Source: Candidatus Wolframiiraptor allenii (lineage in GTDB: Archaea > Thermoproteota > Nitrososphaeria_A > Caldarchaeales > Wolframiiraptoraceae). From it: a stretch of DNA of 59,083 bases. Shown here one piece after another: positions 45,421-54,517 of this stretch. Position numbers and translations under genes: made by a program. The notes under the pieces are model-generated. The model did not search any database, was not told the DNA's origin, and saw nothing but the letters and a program-made list of their open reading frames with translations. The stretch spans positions 1 to 59,083 of the forward strand of contig JAKCEV010000001.1 in NCBI GenBank assembly GCA_023539495.1, read 5' to 3'. Position 1 is the first letter of the stretch. The number at the start of each line of letters is the position of its first letter.

Positions 45421-45910
45421 GAGAATATCTCCGCTGAAACTCGATGATCGAGATCTCTTGGATCGGCTCAATGGATCCGGGCCTAAGCCTTCTAACAGCA
45501 CTTATTGCCTCCTCTGCTGATAAGCCTTTTGAGGCCACGAGATATGCCGCTAGAACGGTGCCAGTTCTCCCGAGGCCGGCGGCACAGTGTATGAGCACCT
45601 TCCTCCCCTTAGATAACATGGCGAGAATCCTGTCAACGATTTCCTTCAAGGTCTCTGGATCCGGCGCCGAGTGATCCTCGATCGGGAAATGCATGTACTC
45701 AATACTAAGTTGGTCAATCCACTCGCGTGGGAGAGGGTGTTCTGTTAGCGAGATCACGGCATCAATCCCGTTAGACTTGATCCATTTAAGCTGCTGGATC
45801 GTCATGGGCCTTCCAGAGGCTGCAACCCGCTCATCGATCCAGCTGAAGTTGGAGGGCTTCTCCATGAACAAGGCTAAAAACCTCCTGTAAGCATCTCCAA
45901 GCTTAGGCAT
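45404..45910 (-). CDS. Dual-specificity / protein-tyrosine phosphatase
   Basis: CX5R active site HCAAGLGRTG. The start was trimmed to MPKLGD (45910) to avoid overlap with prs. Confidence 0.8.
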   Translation of the reverse strand: MPKLGDAYRRFLALFMEKPSNFSWIDERVAASGRPMTIQQLKWIKSNGIDAVISLTEHPLPREWIDQLSIEYMHFPIEDHSAPDPETLKEIVDRILAMLSKGRKVLIHCAAGLGRTGTVLAAYLVASKGLSAEEAISAVRRLRPGSIEPIQEISIIEFQRRYSPRAAP

Positions 45911-45986
45911 TCCTAATGCGATCTGCCTCCCGATATTTAACCCGCATGAAGGCAAACCAAAAATATACGGGGTAAAGAGGAGTTGC

Positions 45987-46862
45987 ATGATAATCGTCGG
46001 GGGGCCGGCCTCAGCATATCTCGCCGAGAAAATCTCCGAGGCATCAGGCCTCAAGCTAATCAGGGTTGAGCATAAACTCTTCCCGGATGGTGAGAACTAT
46101 ATACGATTCCCGGAGAAGGTCTCAGGGGAGGATCTATTAGTGGTTCAGGGCTTTCATCCACCGCAGGATAGACATATCTTCCAAGCATTCCTGATGGCTG
46201 ACGCGGCATTAGATCTTGGCGCTAGATCCGTCCACCTATTATCACCATACCTCGCCTACGCGAGGCAGGATAAGCGCTTTTTGGAGGGGGAAGCTATGAG
46301 CTTGAGCACACTGCTCAAGCTACTTAAGGCCTCTGGATACGAGCGGGTATATACCGTGAATGTTCACTCTCCTTGGGCTGTCGAGTCATCACCAGTGCCT
46401 GTCAAGGATATCCTAGCAGAGGAGGCCCTCGCCGACTATATCATGGCTATGAGGCTCAATGACGCTGTGGTGGTCTCTGTGGGGAAGAAGGGGAAGTGTA
46501 TGGCGGAAAGGGTTGCAGGTTTCTTAAGAACAGACTATTTAGTCGCTCAATCGACGAGGGACAAGTTCACGGGTGAGGTCTCAGTCGTGCTTGAGGATAG
46601 CGTTAGGGGTAGAAGCGTACTCGTCGTCGATGATATAATTAGCACCGGGGGTACTATGGCCAAGCTCGTGGAAGTGTTAAGGAATATGGGCGCGCGCAGG
46701 ATAATCGCGGCATGCATCCACGGCCTAATGATCGGGGATGCTGCTGAGAGGATCCTCAGGGCTGGGGCTGAGACGATAATCGCCTCCGACACCGTGCCAA
46801 GCAGCTACTCCAGATATTCGGTTGCGAGAATATTGGCTAGGGAAGTCTTGAGCAGAGCTTGA
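45987..46862 (+). CDS. prs: Ribose-phosphate pyrophosphokinase
   Basis: PYLAYARQD and the PRPP-binding loop VVDDIISTGGT. Confidence 0.9.
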   Translation: MIIVGGPASAYLAEKISEASGLKLIRVEHKLFPDGENYIRFPEKVSGEDLLVVQGFHPPQDRHIFQAFLMADAALDLGARSVHLLSPYLAYARQDKRFLEGEAMSLSTLLKLLKASGYERVYTVNVHSPWAVESSPVPVKDILAEEALADYIMAMRLNDAVVVSVGKKGKCMAERVAGFLRTDYLVAQSTRDKFTGEVSVVLEDSVRGRSVLVVDDIISTGGTMAKLVEVLRNMGARRIIAACIHGLMIGDAAERILRAGAETIIASDTVPSSYSRYSVARILAREVLSRA

Positions 46863-47902
46863 GGGAGAAATTCTTCTTCCTCTTATCAGGAGAGCATGAG
46901 TCCATCCCCGCGTCGGAGTTAAAATCCGTTCTAAAGCTCCTCGACCCCGGGGCCGGGATCCAGGAGACAGGCTCAGGCAGGATAATCTTAGCGGAGACGT
47001 CAGAAGAGGCGGCGCGGGAGGCTGTGAGGAGGACTGCCTATACGAAGCTCTGTGGAAGGTTTGCGGGAATCTCGGAGACGAGCCCTGAAGCGATCCTCAG
47101 CCTGATAAGCGAAGAGGCCGTCAAGAGGCTCATCCCGCCAACCGCCTCAACCATGGCTGTCAGGGGAAAGAGGATCATGGGAGCCTCTATCGACAGGCTC
47201 AAGCTCGAGAGGATGATTGGCGAGAGGATTCTAGAGATGAGACCGGGCCTCAAGGTTGATCTGAGGAAGCCCGATATCCTGATCCTCTTCATATCAAGCC
47301 CAGTTGAGACTGTTGTGGGATCACTGGTTAAGATAAAGCCTAAGCACTTCTTCCATGAGAGGCTTGCCGGCAGGAGGCCCTTTTCGCTGCCATCAGCGAT
47401 GCAGCCCGACTTATCGAGGGCGATGATAAACCTCGCGGGCATAGGGTCGGGCGGCCTCATCCTTGACCCATTCGCCGGCACTGGAGGGATAATGATCGAG
47501 GGAATCCTACTCGGATACAGGGTTTATGGCATAGAGCTTAAGAGATGGATAGCCGAGGGCGCGCTTAGAAACCTCAAACACTACGCACTGGGAGAGGAGA
47601 ATATTATCGTAGGCGACGCAAGGAAGCCTATGTTTAGAGACAAGGCCTTCAACGCCATTGTCACGGACCCGCCATATGGGAGGTCTACAACGATTCCAGA
47701 TAAATCCATCATAGCGCTTCTCGACAACTTCCTCGAGGGATGCTTAGGCCTACTGAAGGATGGTGGCAGGATAGTGATGGCGGTCCCCGCGGAGCTCAGC
47801 CTCGAAGAATTAATCGAGAAGCATGGGCTTAGATTAAAGGAGTCTCATATTGTGCACGTTCACGGGAGCCTTGTCAGGAAGGTGGTGGTGCTGGAGAGAT
47901 GA
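46859..47902 (+). CDS. THUMP-domain tRNA (guanine-N2)-methyltransferase (Trm11/Trm-G10 type)
   Basis: N-terminal THUMP region, SAM motif LDPFAGTGGI and catalytic VTDPPYG. TTG start overlapping the prs stop. Confidence 0.8.
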   Translation: MREKFFFLLSGEHESIPASELKSVLKLLDPGAGIQETGSGRIILAETSEEAAREAVRRTAYTKLCGRFAGISETSPEAILSLISEEAVKRLIPPTASTMAVRGKRIMGASIDRLKLERMIGERILEMRPGLKVDLRKPDILILFISSPVETVVGSLVKIKPKHFFHERLAGRRPFSLPSAMQPDLSRAMINLAGIGSGGLILDPFAGTGGIMIEGILLGYRVYGIELKRWIAEGALRNLKHYALGEENIIVGDARKPMFRDKAFNAIVTDPPYGRSTTIPDKSIIALLDNFLEGCLGLLKDGGRIVMAVPAELSLEELIEKHGLRLKESHIVHVHGSLVRKVVVLER

Positions 47903-48819
47903 CGGTGATGAGAGTAACGTTCTTGGGCACGGGCGGTGGGATTCCCAGCATAAGCCGCTCCCTTCCATCCGTGGCCGTGACATTCTCGGGGGAGCTAATC
48001 CTCTTTGACTGCGGCGAGGGCACGCAGAGGCAAATGATGAAGGCTGGGACCGGCTTTAGGCAGAAGCTGACAATCCTGCTAACACATCTACATGGCGACC
48101 ACGTATTCGGCCTGCCGGGCCTCATTTATACGCTCTCAATGCTTGATAGAAGGCACCCCCTCAGGGTTATAGGCCCAAGAGGCACAAAGGACTTCGTGAA
48201 TGCGCTGCTCTCCATAAGATTCGGCAGGTTGAGCTATGATATTGATGTAAAGGAGATCGATGGTGGGATAGCATACGAGTCGAGGGATTTCGTGGTAGAG
48301 GCCACGGATGCGTCTCACACAGTAAAGTCGCTCGCATACAGGCTTAGGGAAAGGAATAGGCCTGGTAAGATGAAGGTCGAGTTGCTGGAGAGGTTAGGAG
48401 TGCCAAGAGGCCCTTTATGGGGAAGGCTTCAGCGCGGCGAGCCCATAGAGTTCTCGGGCAGGATAATAAGGCCCGAGGAGGTTCTCGGGCCTCCGAGGCG
48501 CGGTAGAATTATAGTCTACACGGGCGATACAAGGCCGTCTGACGAGATTGCTGAGTTCTCGAGGGGCGCGGACATACTGATACATGATGCAACCTTTGAC
48601 TCCAAGTTTGAGGAAGATGCTGTGAGAGAGGGCCACTCGACGGCGAGACAGGCCGCGGAGATCGCGCTTAAGGCGGGTGTTAAGAGGCTCTACCTATTCC
48701 ATATAAGCCCGAGATATGAAGGCGATGAAGAAAAGCTCTTGATGGAAGCGAAGCAGGTGTTCCCAAACACGTATATCGCTGAAGACCTGTTGAGCATTGA
48801 GGTCCCGCTTCCCGACTAA
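47899..48819 (+). CDS. rnz: Ribonuclease Z
   Basis: FLGTGGGIPS, LTHLHGDHVFGLPGL, exosite insertion, HST..QA C-terminal motif. Confidence 0.9.
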   Translation: MTVMRVTFLGTGGGIPSISRSLPSVAVTFSGELILFDCGEGTQRQMMKAGTGFRQKLTILLTHLHGDHVFGLPGLIYTLSMLDRRHPLRVIGPRGTKDFVNALLSIRFGRLSYDIDVKEIDGGIAYESRDFVVEATDASHTVKSLAYRLRERNRPGKMKVELLERLGVPRGPLWGRLQRGEPIEFSGRIIRPEEVLGPPRRGRIIVYTGDTRPSDEIAEFSRGADILIHDATFDSKFEEDAVREGHSTARQAAEIALKAGVKRLYLFHISPRYEGDEEKLLMEAKQVFPNTYIAEDLLSIEVPLPD

Positions 48820-48822
48820 AAC

Positions 48823-49218
48823 TTACTCGGTCAGCCAGTTTATCACCTCCTCGAGGTCCGGTGCCCTAATAATAACCCTTATCGGCGGGAGCGGGGACTC
48901 GACGAAAGGCTCCGTGAACGATGCCTTCCCGGCATAAGCCGCCTGCTTATTCAGGTAAAAGACAAGAACGTCATCGCGTATCGAGGATTTTAGAATGCTC
49001 CTAGCCGCCGCCCTGATCCTTCTCTCCCTAAGAAGCCTCTTTAAGTTCTCTAGGGCTTCATATCCTTCGGCAGAGCCTTCAACCCTAGCGGAGGAATCAA
49101 TCCACCTTACCTCGAAGCTTATCGAGGGGAAGATGTTCTTAACAGCCCTCAAGACCTTCTCAGGATCCTCGGTTGGATAAACATCGGCGTCAACCTTCAC
49201 CAATACCCTGCCCTCCAC
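48823..49218 (-). CDS. UPF0201-like small archaeal protein
   Basis: VKVDADVYPTEDPEKVLRAVKNIFP N-terminal pattern recalled from the UPF0201/COG1931 family; from memory only. Confidence 0.5.
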   Translation of the reverse strand: MEGRVLVKVDADVYPTEDPEKVLRAVKNIFPSISFEVRWIDSSARVEGSAEGYEALENLKRLLRERRIRAAARSILKSSIRDDVLVFYLNKQAAYAGKASFTEPFVESPLPPIRVIIRAPDLEEVINWLTE

Positions 49219-49236
49219 GACGATATCCCTCCAAAG

Positions 49237-49707
49237 CTACTCGATGAATAAGCCAGTCCTCCTCCTAATGAGACTCACATCTCTCGGTATCAGAATCGCG
49301 ATCTCCGCAGTATTATGCACCATTGCCCTCCTTAAATGACCACCATAAACATTGAGATTCTCATCCGCTAGTGCGACATGGATATGTGGCTGGAGGCTTC
49401 CATCGTCCCCTCGAGCAATGTTCCCCTCTACTGAGATTATCTCCATGGGACTTGGAAGAGCTCTCTCAATATACTCTCCTTTGTAGTAAGCAAGGATGGT
49501 ATTCCTCATCATGCCGGCGCAGCTCAGGACGACCCCGGAGCTGGAGCCCGTGCTCTCGAGAGCCCTACAGATCTCTCCCAAGAAATCCTCACCATCATCC
49601 AGCTTAATAAAGAGGATGTTGCCATCAAGCTTGCATCGCATGAATCTCGGAATAAGGCCTAAAGTCTTAAACATTTCCCGAGGGCTGGTTTCACTAAGGG
49701 ATAACAT
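49237..49707 (-). CDS. PPC (DUF296) domain protein
   Basis: G.I.......PHIHVALADENLNVYGGHL matches the PPC/DUF296 core. Confidence 0.6.
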   Translation of the reverse strand: MLSLSETSPREMFKTLGLIPRFMRCKLDGNILFIKLDDGEDFLGEICRALESTGSSSGVVLSCAGMMRNTILAYYKGEYIERALPSPMEIISVEGNIARGDDGSLQPHIHVALADENLNVYGGHLRRAMVHNTAEIAILIPRDVSLIRRRTGLFIE

Positions 49708-50167
49708 GAGGGTCTTGGTAATCTTCTACTCGCGGACCGGGAACACTAGGCGCGTGGCCGAAGCGATCGCTGAGAGGTTGAAAGCGGATATCGAGGAGAT
49801 CAGGGACGTGAAGAGTAGATCCGGTGTTCTTGGCTTCCTCAGATCAGGCTATGAGGCGCTGGCTGGGAGGCTCCCAAAGATCCAACAGGTATCTAGAAGC
49901 CCGGATGAATATGACCTAGTATTGATTGGTTCACCGGTATGGGTTGGCAGGCTGTCATCACCCATGAGAGCCTATTTAGCCATATATGGCCGCTCGATAA
50001 AGCAGACAGCATTCTTCTGCATATGCAAGAGCGACGAGGGAAGAGTATTCAAGGAGATGGAAGCACTCTCTAAAAAACCGATAGCAACGCTATGCATCCG
50101 AGAAAAGGAAGTCAAGTCGGGAGAATACATTAAAAAGATCGAAGAATTCGTAAAAGCGCTGACGTGA
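49706..50167 (+). CDS. Flavodoxin-family protein
   Basis: MRVLVIFYSRTGNTRRVAEAIA FMN-phosphate loop. Track start trimmed to the ATG at 49706. Confidence 0.8.
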   Translation: MRVLVIFYSRTGNTRRVAEAIAERLKADIEEIRDVKSRSGVLGFLRSGYEALAGRLPKIQQVSRSPDEYDLVLIGSPVWVGRLSSPMRAYLAIYGRSIKQTAFFCICKSDEGRVFKEMEALSKKPIATLCIREKEVKSGEYIKKIEEFVKALT

Positions 50168-50437
50168 GAAGGCTCGACGGAAAAACGCGAGAGAAGATCG
50201 CGGGGGGTGTTTAGGCGAAATGAACCGAATTATAGATTTGGGTCAGCGCTCAAGATCCCAATCATCGCGCTCAGCCTGGTCAGACTCATCATTCCCATGA
50301 TGAGCTTGCCTGCCGGGGCTTTTATTCCTTTTCCTCTCTGGAAATTCTCATGAACAGTGTTTCTTCGGCTATAGAAGCATTTATGAATATAATTGTGGGG
50401 AGAGAGTTAAGAAGTCATCATGCTATTATCATTTGAT

Positions 50438-50499
50438 GGGCAGTGATGAGGCCGCGAACCTTTTGACGCGGGATGATCTAGCTTGGCTAGCCTGAGCCC
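50438..50499 (+). ncRNA. Candidate C/D box sRNA
   Basis: gggc-a-GTGATGA(C)-13 nt-TTGA(D')-cgc-GGGATGA(C')-15 nt-CTGA(D)-gccc. Terminal GGGC/GCCC stem. Spacers are longer than the usual ~12 nt and the second guide is self-complementary. Confidence 0.35.
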
Positions 50500-50561
50500 C
50501 CTCCAGACCCAGACTACAATATTTAAGCTCTCGGGTCTAATAATATGCTTGGCTTCCCGGG

Positions 50562-51020
50562 GTGGGGATGATGCTTCGCGAGATCTCTGCCGGTGCCACG
50601 GTCTTTTACCTTGGGTCCCAGATCGAGTATCTGCTCCTGCACTATGCTGCTGGCCACTGGGATTTTCCCAAGGGCGCAATCGAACCGGGCGAGTCCGAGC
50701 TTGATACTGTTAGGAGGGAGGTTTGGGAGGAGACCGGGATAAGGGAGATCGAGATCATACCGGGTTTTAGGAAGGTTATACAATACTGGTATAGGAAGTC
50801 GGGCCAGCTCGTGCAGAAGACCGTAATATTCTATCTGGCAAGATCCTTCACGAAGAACGTGACATTATCCTATGAGCATATAGGGTATGTCTGGCTGCCT
50901 TATGAGGAGAGCTTGAAGAGATTAACTTTTAAGACGGCTAAGGAAACTCTTCGGGAAGCCCATGAGTACCTGCTCAGGAATATTCACCTGCTCCGTCAGC
51001 CAAGGCTTCACGACTACTAG
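50562..51020 (+). CDS. Nudix hydrolase
   Basis: Nudix box GHWDFPKGAIEPGESELDTVRREVWEETGI. Confidence 0.88.
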   Translation: MGMMLREISAGATVFYLGSQIEYLLLHYAAGHWDFPKGAIEPGESELDTVRREVWEETGIREIEIIPGFRKVIQYWYRKSGQLVQKTVIFYLARSFTKNVTLSYEHIGYVWLPYEESLKRLTFKTAKETLREAHEYLLRNIHLLRQPRLHDY

Positions 51021-51036
51021 GCGGGGGATAATACGC

Positions 51037-52767
51037 ATGAGCAGGAGCCATCTCGCCGCGTTGATAGCGATACTAATGCTCTTTTCGAGCTTGATGGCGG
51101 CCTACTGCCAAGAGATATCGCTGACGGTTCACGTCCATGATCTTCTTAGAAAGAGCCTAGATGGCATCGAAGTTAGGCTGATTAGAGGCGTCGAGGTTAG
51201 GCGATTCGTAACAAACTCAACGGGCTATGCCGAGTTCAAGTATCTCGAGCCGGGCGAGTATAAACTTGAGGTGGTTGTCGGGAACGTGACTGTTGGCGAG
51301 AGGGCTGTAAGGATCCCGGATGATCGGCTCGTTGATGTTGAGGCCAGAGTTGGCGAGATTGAGCTCAGGTTCCTAAACTTGGATGGCGAGCCTGTCAAGG
51401 GACTTAGGGTTGAGCTGCGCGCCGGCGGCTACGCCCACTCAACCGAGTCCGATGATAAGGGCATGGTTAGGATTGCGCGGATCCCATATAGCGATCTGAA
51501 AGGTGTCGGAGCCTACTCCCTAGTCATAAATATGGGTAAGCTAGTGATCTATGAGGGCTCTCTCGAGGTCTCTGAGCCAAGGGTTTCCAAGAACATGACA
51601 CTGCCTCTCGCAAGCATGAGGCTCACGGTCGTGAATCTCGAGGGTGAGCCCGTTCCCAAAATCACTGTCAAGCTATCTTCTGGAGGATATTCCACAGAGG
51701 GAAGATCTGATAGCGGCACCCTAGCCTTCAAGAACCTGCCATTATCCGAGGTTAGCGGCGTCGGCATCTACAAGATTAATGTCTCGATGAGGGTTGGGCG
51801 CGGCGACATGCCGATATACTATGAGGAGAGGAGTATAGACAGGAGCGCGAACATCTCTCTGATAGCTGATCTCGCGAGGCTCAGGGTGAGGGTCATTGAT
51901 GAGGATGGTGAGCCTGTTAAGGGTGTGGTTGTGAGCCTGAGTAATCGGCTTATGGCCAACTTCACCTCGAGCCAGACTGACAAGAATGGTGAGGTCGTCT
52001 TTGAGAATGTGCCGCTTAGCAGGGGCATGGTCAGCGCCGGGGCATACGTGATCCAAGCGATAAGAGCTGGCAGGATTATAGGGGAGCTGAGGACGGAATT
52101 CGAGAAGCCAGGAACAATTCTAGACGTGGTTGTCATGAGGGGTGAGCAGAGGCTCAAGCTCCTAGATTATCATGGCAGGCCCCTCGCCGGGTACTTAGTA
52201 AGACTCGTGGACGAGATTGGCGGGGAAAGCCTCAATGCCTCGACGAATGATCTTGGTGAGGCTGTCTTCAAGATCTTCCACGGCCCATACATAATGGAGG
52301 TATATAGTAATGGGAGACGCATACGATCATCATCCATTCAGCTGGCCGGCGGATTCTTGGAGATCAAGCTCAATGAAGTGAACTTTCCTCTAAGCATAAA
52401 AGTTGTTGATGTCATGGGGAGACCTATCAGCTCGGGCCATATAGAGGTGAGCGCCGAGGGCAGAACCCTGATCAGTAAGGAGCTAAGCGGTGAGCCTGTT
52501 AATCTTGACCTGCCATATCCTCTTGAGCTACGATGCGACATCTACTCAGATGACGGGAGGCTCCTGCATAGGGAGCTTCTCCACGTATATGGGCCTCGGG
52601 AGCTGGTCGTGGAGCTGAGGGGATACATCTTCCTAGGCGGCATCATGGAGCTCGAGGCTGTCGCCGCGGCGGTAGTGCTCGCCATAGTAGCGGCATGCGC
52701 CCTCTTCTCAGCCGCCCTAATCATCAGGGCTAAGAAAAGGAGAGGAGGGAAGCCAAGAAAAGGCTAG
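51037..52767 (+). CDS. Secreted, C-terminally anchored surface protein with ~6 tandem beta-sandwich (CarboxypepD_reg-like) repeats
   Basis: Signal peptide MSRSHLAALIAILMLFSSLMAAYCQ. Recurring unit L.V.(V/F).(N/D).(D/E)GEPV.G..V.L...........D..G...F..(V/I)P. C-terminal TM helix plus basic tail RAKKRRGGKPRKG. Confidence 0.7.
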   Translation: MSRSHLAALIAILMLFSSLMAAYCQEISLTVHVHDLLRKSLDGIEVRLIRGVEVRRFVTNSTGYAEFKYLEPGEYKLEVVVGNVTVGERAVRIPDDRLVDVEARVGEIELRFLNLDGEPVKGLRVELRAGGYAHSTESDDKGMVRIARIPYSDLKGVGAYSLVINMGKLVIYEGSLEVSEPRVSKNMTLPLASMRLTVVNLEGEPVPKITVKLSSGGYSTEGRSDSGTLAFKNLPLSEVSGVGIYKINVSMRVGRGDMPIYYEERSIDRSANISLIADLARLRVRVIDEDGEPVKGVVVSLSNRLMANFTSSQTDKNGEVVFENVPLSRGMVSAGAYVIQAIRAGRIIGELRTEFEKPGTILDVVVMRGEQRLKLLDYHGRPLAGYLVRLVDEIGGESLNASTNDLGEAVFKIFHGPYIMEVYSNGRRIRSSSIQLAGGFLEIKLNEVNFPLSIKVVDVMGRPISSGHIEVSAEGRTLISKELSGEPVNLDLPYPLELRCDIYSDDGRLLHRELLHVYGPRELVVELRGYIFLGGIMELEAVAAAVVLAIVAACALFSAALIIRAKKRRGGKPRKG

Positions 52768-52801
52768 CGTTCTGGGCTTTTTAGCCCTTCCTCCCTCTTT
52801 C

Positions 52802-54028
52802 TCATTGGGAGGCTTTCGGGGGGGAACGCGAGCTCCCCACATCTATCTGGCGCTGACAATCAAAAGGTTTTAAGGTTTTGGCGTTCATGCACTCCTCGTA
52901 ATAGCGCTTCACCAGATTCTTCACAGCTATCACATCTCTGTCCTCTTCTAGGCCGCATCTCTGACATTTCATCAGCCTGTGCCCATTCGGGCTTATAGCA
53001 AGCTCACCCCCGCATACCGGGCATATTTTTGAAGTGTTCCTAGGATCAACGTATTTTACGGCTTAATCTATGAAGCTTCGCCTGATACTCCAATATCCGC
53101 TGGAATCTAATGTAACTCCATCTATGTATCCTCCCATTAAGTTCCCTAGAGCCCTTATCCTCTTTATGGACGCTGAGATCCTCCATCACAATTATGGTGG
53201 CCCCAACCTCCTTAGCCTTATTGATTATCTCCTTGGCCGCCCTATTGTAGATCTTCCTGATCCTCCGCCACTCCCGTCCCCTATACTTCCCCAGCAACCT
53301 CGCCCGCAGCCCTCTGCCGCGAATCTTCGATTGTATCCGCCGGCGCTTGAGGAAATATTGCGTCCTAATGATACCCTCCTTCGTCTCAAATCTCCCGACG
53401 AAATCATTGTTTCCATATACGATGGCGTTCTCATTAACGTCGACGGCGATAACCTTGGCGTCCGCGCTCACTTCCGGCAACACAACGGCCTGACGGAAAG
53501 CAACATGCAGATAGGCAGATAGAGATTATTATCATCCTTCAACACCAGCCGCGCCTCACCCAGCTTCATGTTCTTAAACTGCTCATGATACCTCCCGTGA
53601 AGCAGTCTTAATGTAACCCATCCCCCTCCATGGACTGCTATTGAAGCCCTCCAGTTTTCAGCATCGAGTTTGAATAACTTATTGCCCAACCATATTGTCC
53701 GCCTCCCGAACACCGGCCTTTCCCTTTCACACCTTCCCAGCTTTTTCACCTCTATGAAGGACTCGTAAATGCTGGCGGCATGCCGACAAGCACATTGAAT
53801 ATACTGTGATGGCAGTGTTGGATATTTCTGTCGTAGCTCGCGATACTTCGCATGATGCAGGCTAATAAAACTGGTGACCCTATATGAATGGGCATATTCG
53901 ATGAGTTCATTCACGATCCTCTGATATTCCTCGAATATGCGGTATATCTTGGAGATCGCCGCCTCATCAACATCCGTGAGATCCACCTTAAACCTCGCGG
54001 TAAACTTTATTTCCTCAACCGGCATCAT
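52802..54028 (-). pseudogene. tnpB: IS200/IS605-family TnpB (RuvC-like RNA-guided nuclease), split into three frames
   Basis: Fragment 53468-54028 is the N-terminal OrfB region. Fragment 53046-53483 has RuvC-I IAVDVNEN and RuvC-II IVMEDL. Hand-translated fragment 52802-53059 reads VKYVDPRNTSKICPVCGG...CQRCGLEEDRDVIAVKNL (Zn ribbon plus RuvC-III). Disrupted by the 8-bp duplication at 53507-53522 and a 1-nt indel near 53060-53075. Confidence 0.85.
53507..53522. repeat. 8-bp tandem duplication GCAGATAG-GCAGATAG inside tnpB
   Basis: Removing one unit restores ...NNLYLHVAFRQAVVLPEVSADAKVIAVDVNEN..., joining fragments 1 and 2 in one frame. Confidence 0.85.
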
Positions 54029-54291
54029 CGCTCACCTCTGAAGCCCTCGCATTCCTCGAAGGTCTCATAGAGTAGGCTTCTCAGCTCCATGCATACATGG
54101 AGCATCACCCTGCCAACGTATCCGCGATACTCCCCGGCGAAGTCATCGAGCATGCTGAGGCCCTCATGGACGAGCGTCCTAACGATGACTGGCGGCGGCC
54201 TGTATCTCTCGGCGACGGCCAGCGTTGAGTCCACGTAATCCAAGACTCCAATAATGCCCGCCTCCTCGAGGGCATCCACGTAACCATCCAT
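54025..54291 (-). CDS. ORF-A copy 3 (88 aa), overlapping the tnpB start by ATGA
   Basis: MDGYVDALEEAGIIGVLDYVDSTLAVAERYRPPPVIVRTLVHEGLSMLDDFAGEYRGYVGRVMLHVCMELRSLLYETFEECEGFRGER. Start chosen by homology with copies 1 and 2. Confidence 0.55.
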   Translation of the reverse strand: MDGYVDALEEAGIIGVLDYVDSTLAVAERYRPPPVIVRTLVHEGLSMLDDFAGEYRGYVGRVMLHVCMELRSLLYETFEECEGFRGER

Positions 54292-54508
54292 GCCTCCACA
54301 ACACCATCCCAATACATGCCTGCCCTTATTTCTTGGGGACCTGCCTGAAAGTGGAAGACTATTATGATCATGCCGAGATGCCGGGAGGCTGGCTAAACAT
54401 AGGATTCCATGGTAATAGAGGAACCTCAGAGCAGACACTCATAATACCGTCAGGGAGGGGGATGATGTCAGGCATTTCGTGGTCAGGGGTATATGTGAGG
54501 GCGACAGG
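54057..54508. repeat. Repeat cassette copy 3 (ORF-A, promoter region, 5' third of ORF-B); similarity ends abruptly near 54508
   Basis: Collinear with 14403-14860 and 1-370. After ...gagggcgacagg the sequence diverges into the hairpin at 54518-54551. Confidence 0.8.
54378..54508 (+). pseudogene. ORF-B copy 3 remnant (frameshifted and truncated)
   Basis: MPGGWLNIGFHGNRGTSEQTLIIPSGRG, then out of frame relative to copy 1. Homologous DNA continues (DDVRHFVVRGICEGDR in another frame) and stops at about 54508. Confidence 0.4.
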
Positions 54509-54517
54509 CAAAAGTCT

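Noticed and set aside
49705-49708. Head-to-head start codons sharing CATG (49705-49708, and again at 55905-55908).
   Set aside because: This most likely results from over-extended ORF-track starts: internal Met codons give normal N-termini for the DUF296 and EamA proteins. No biological claim is made.
50290-50360. Second C/D box candidate (ccATGATGAgc...).
   Set aside because: A good C box, but no CTGA D box and no terminal stem at a suitable distance.
54025-54291. ORF-A as a divergent IS200/IS605 TnpA (Y1 transposase).
   Set aside because: No HUH motif or catalytic Tyr context is visible. The protein is shorter than TnpA and also precedes a LAGLIDADG gene in copy 2. It is kept as unknown.
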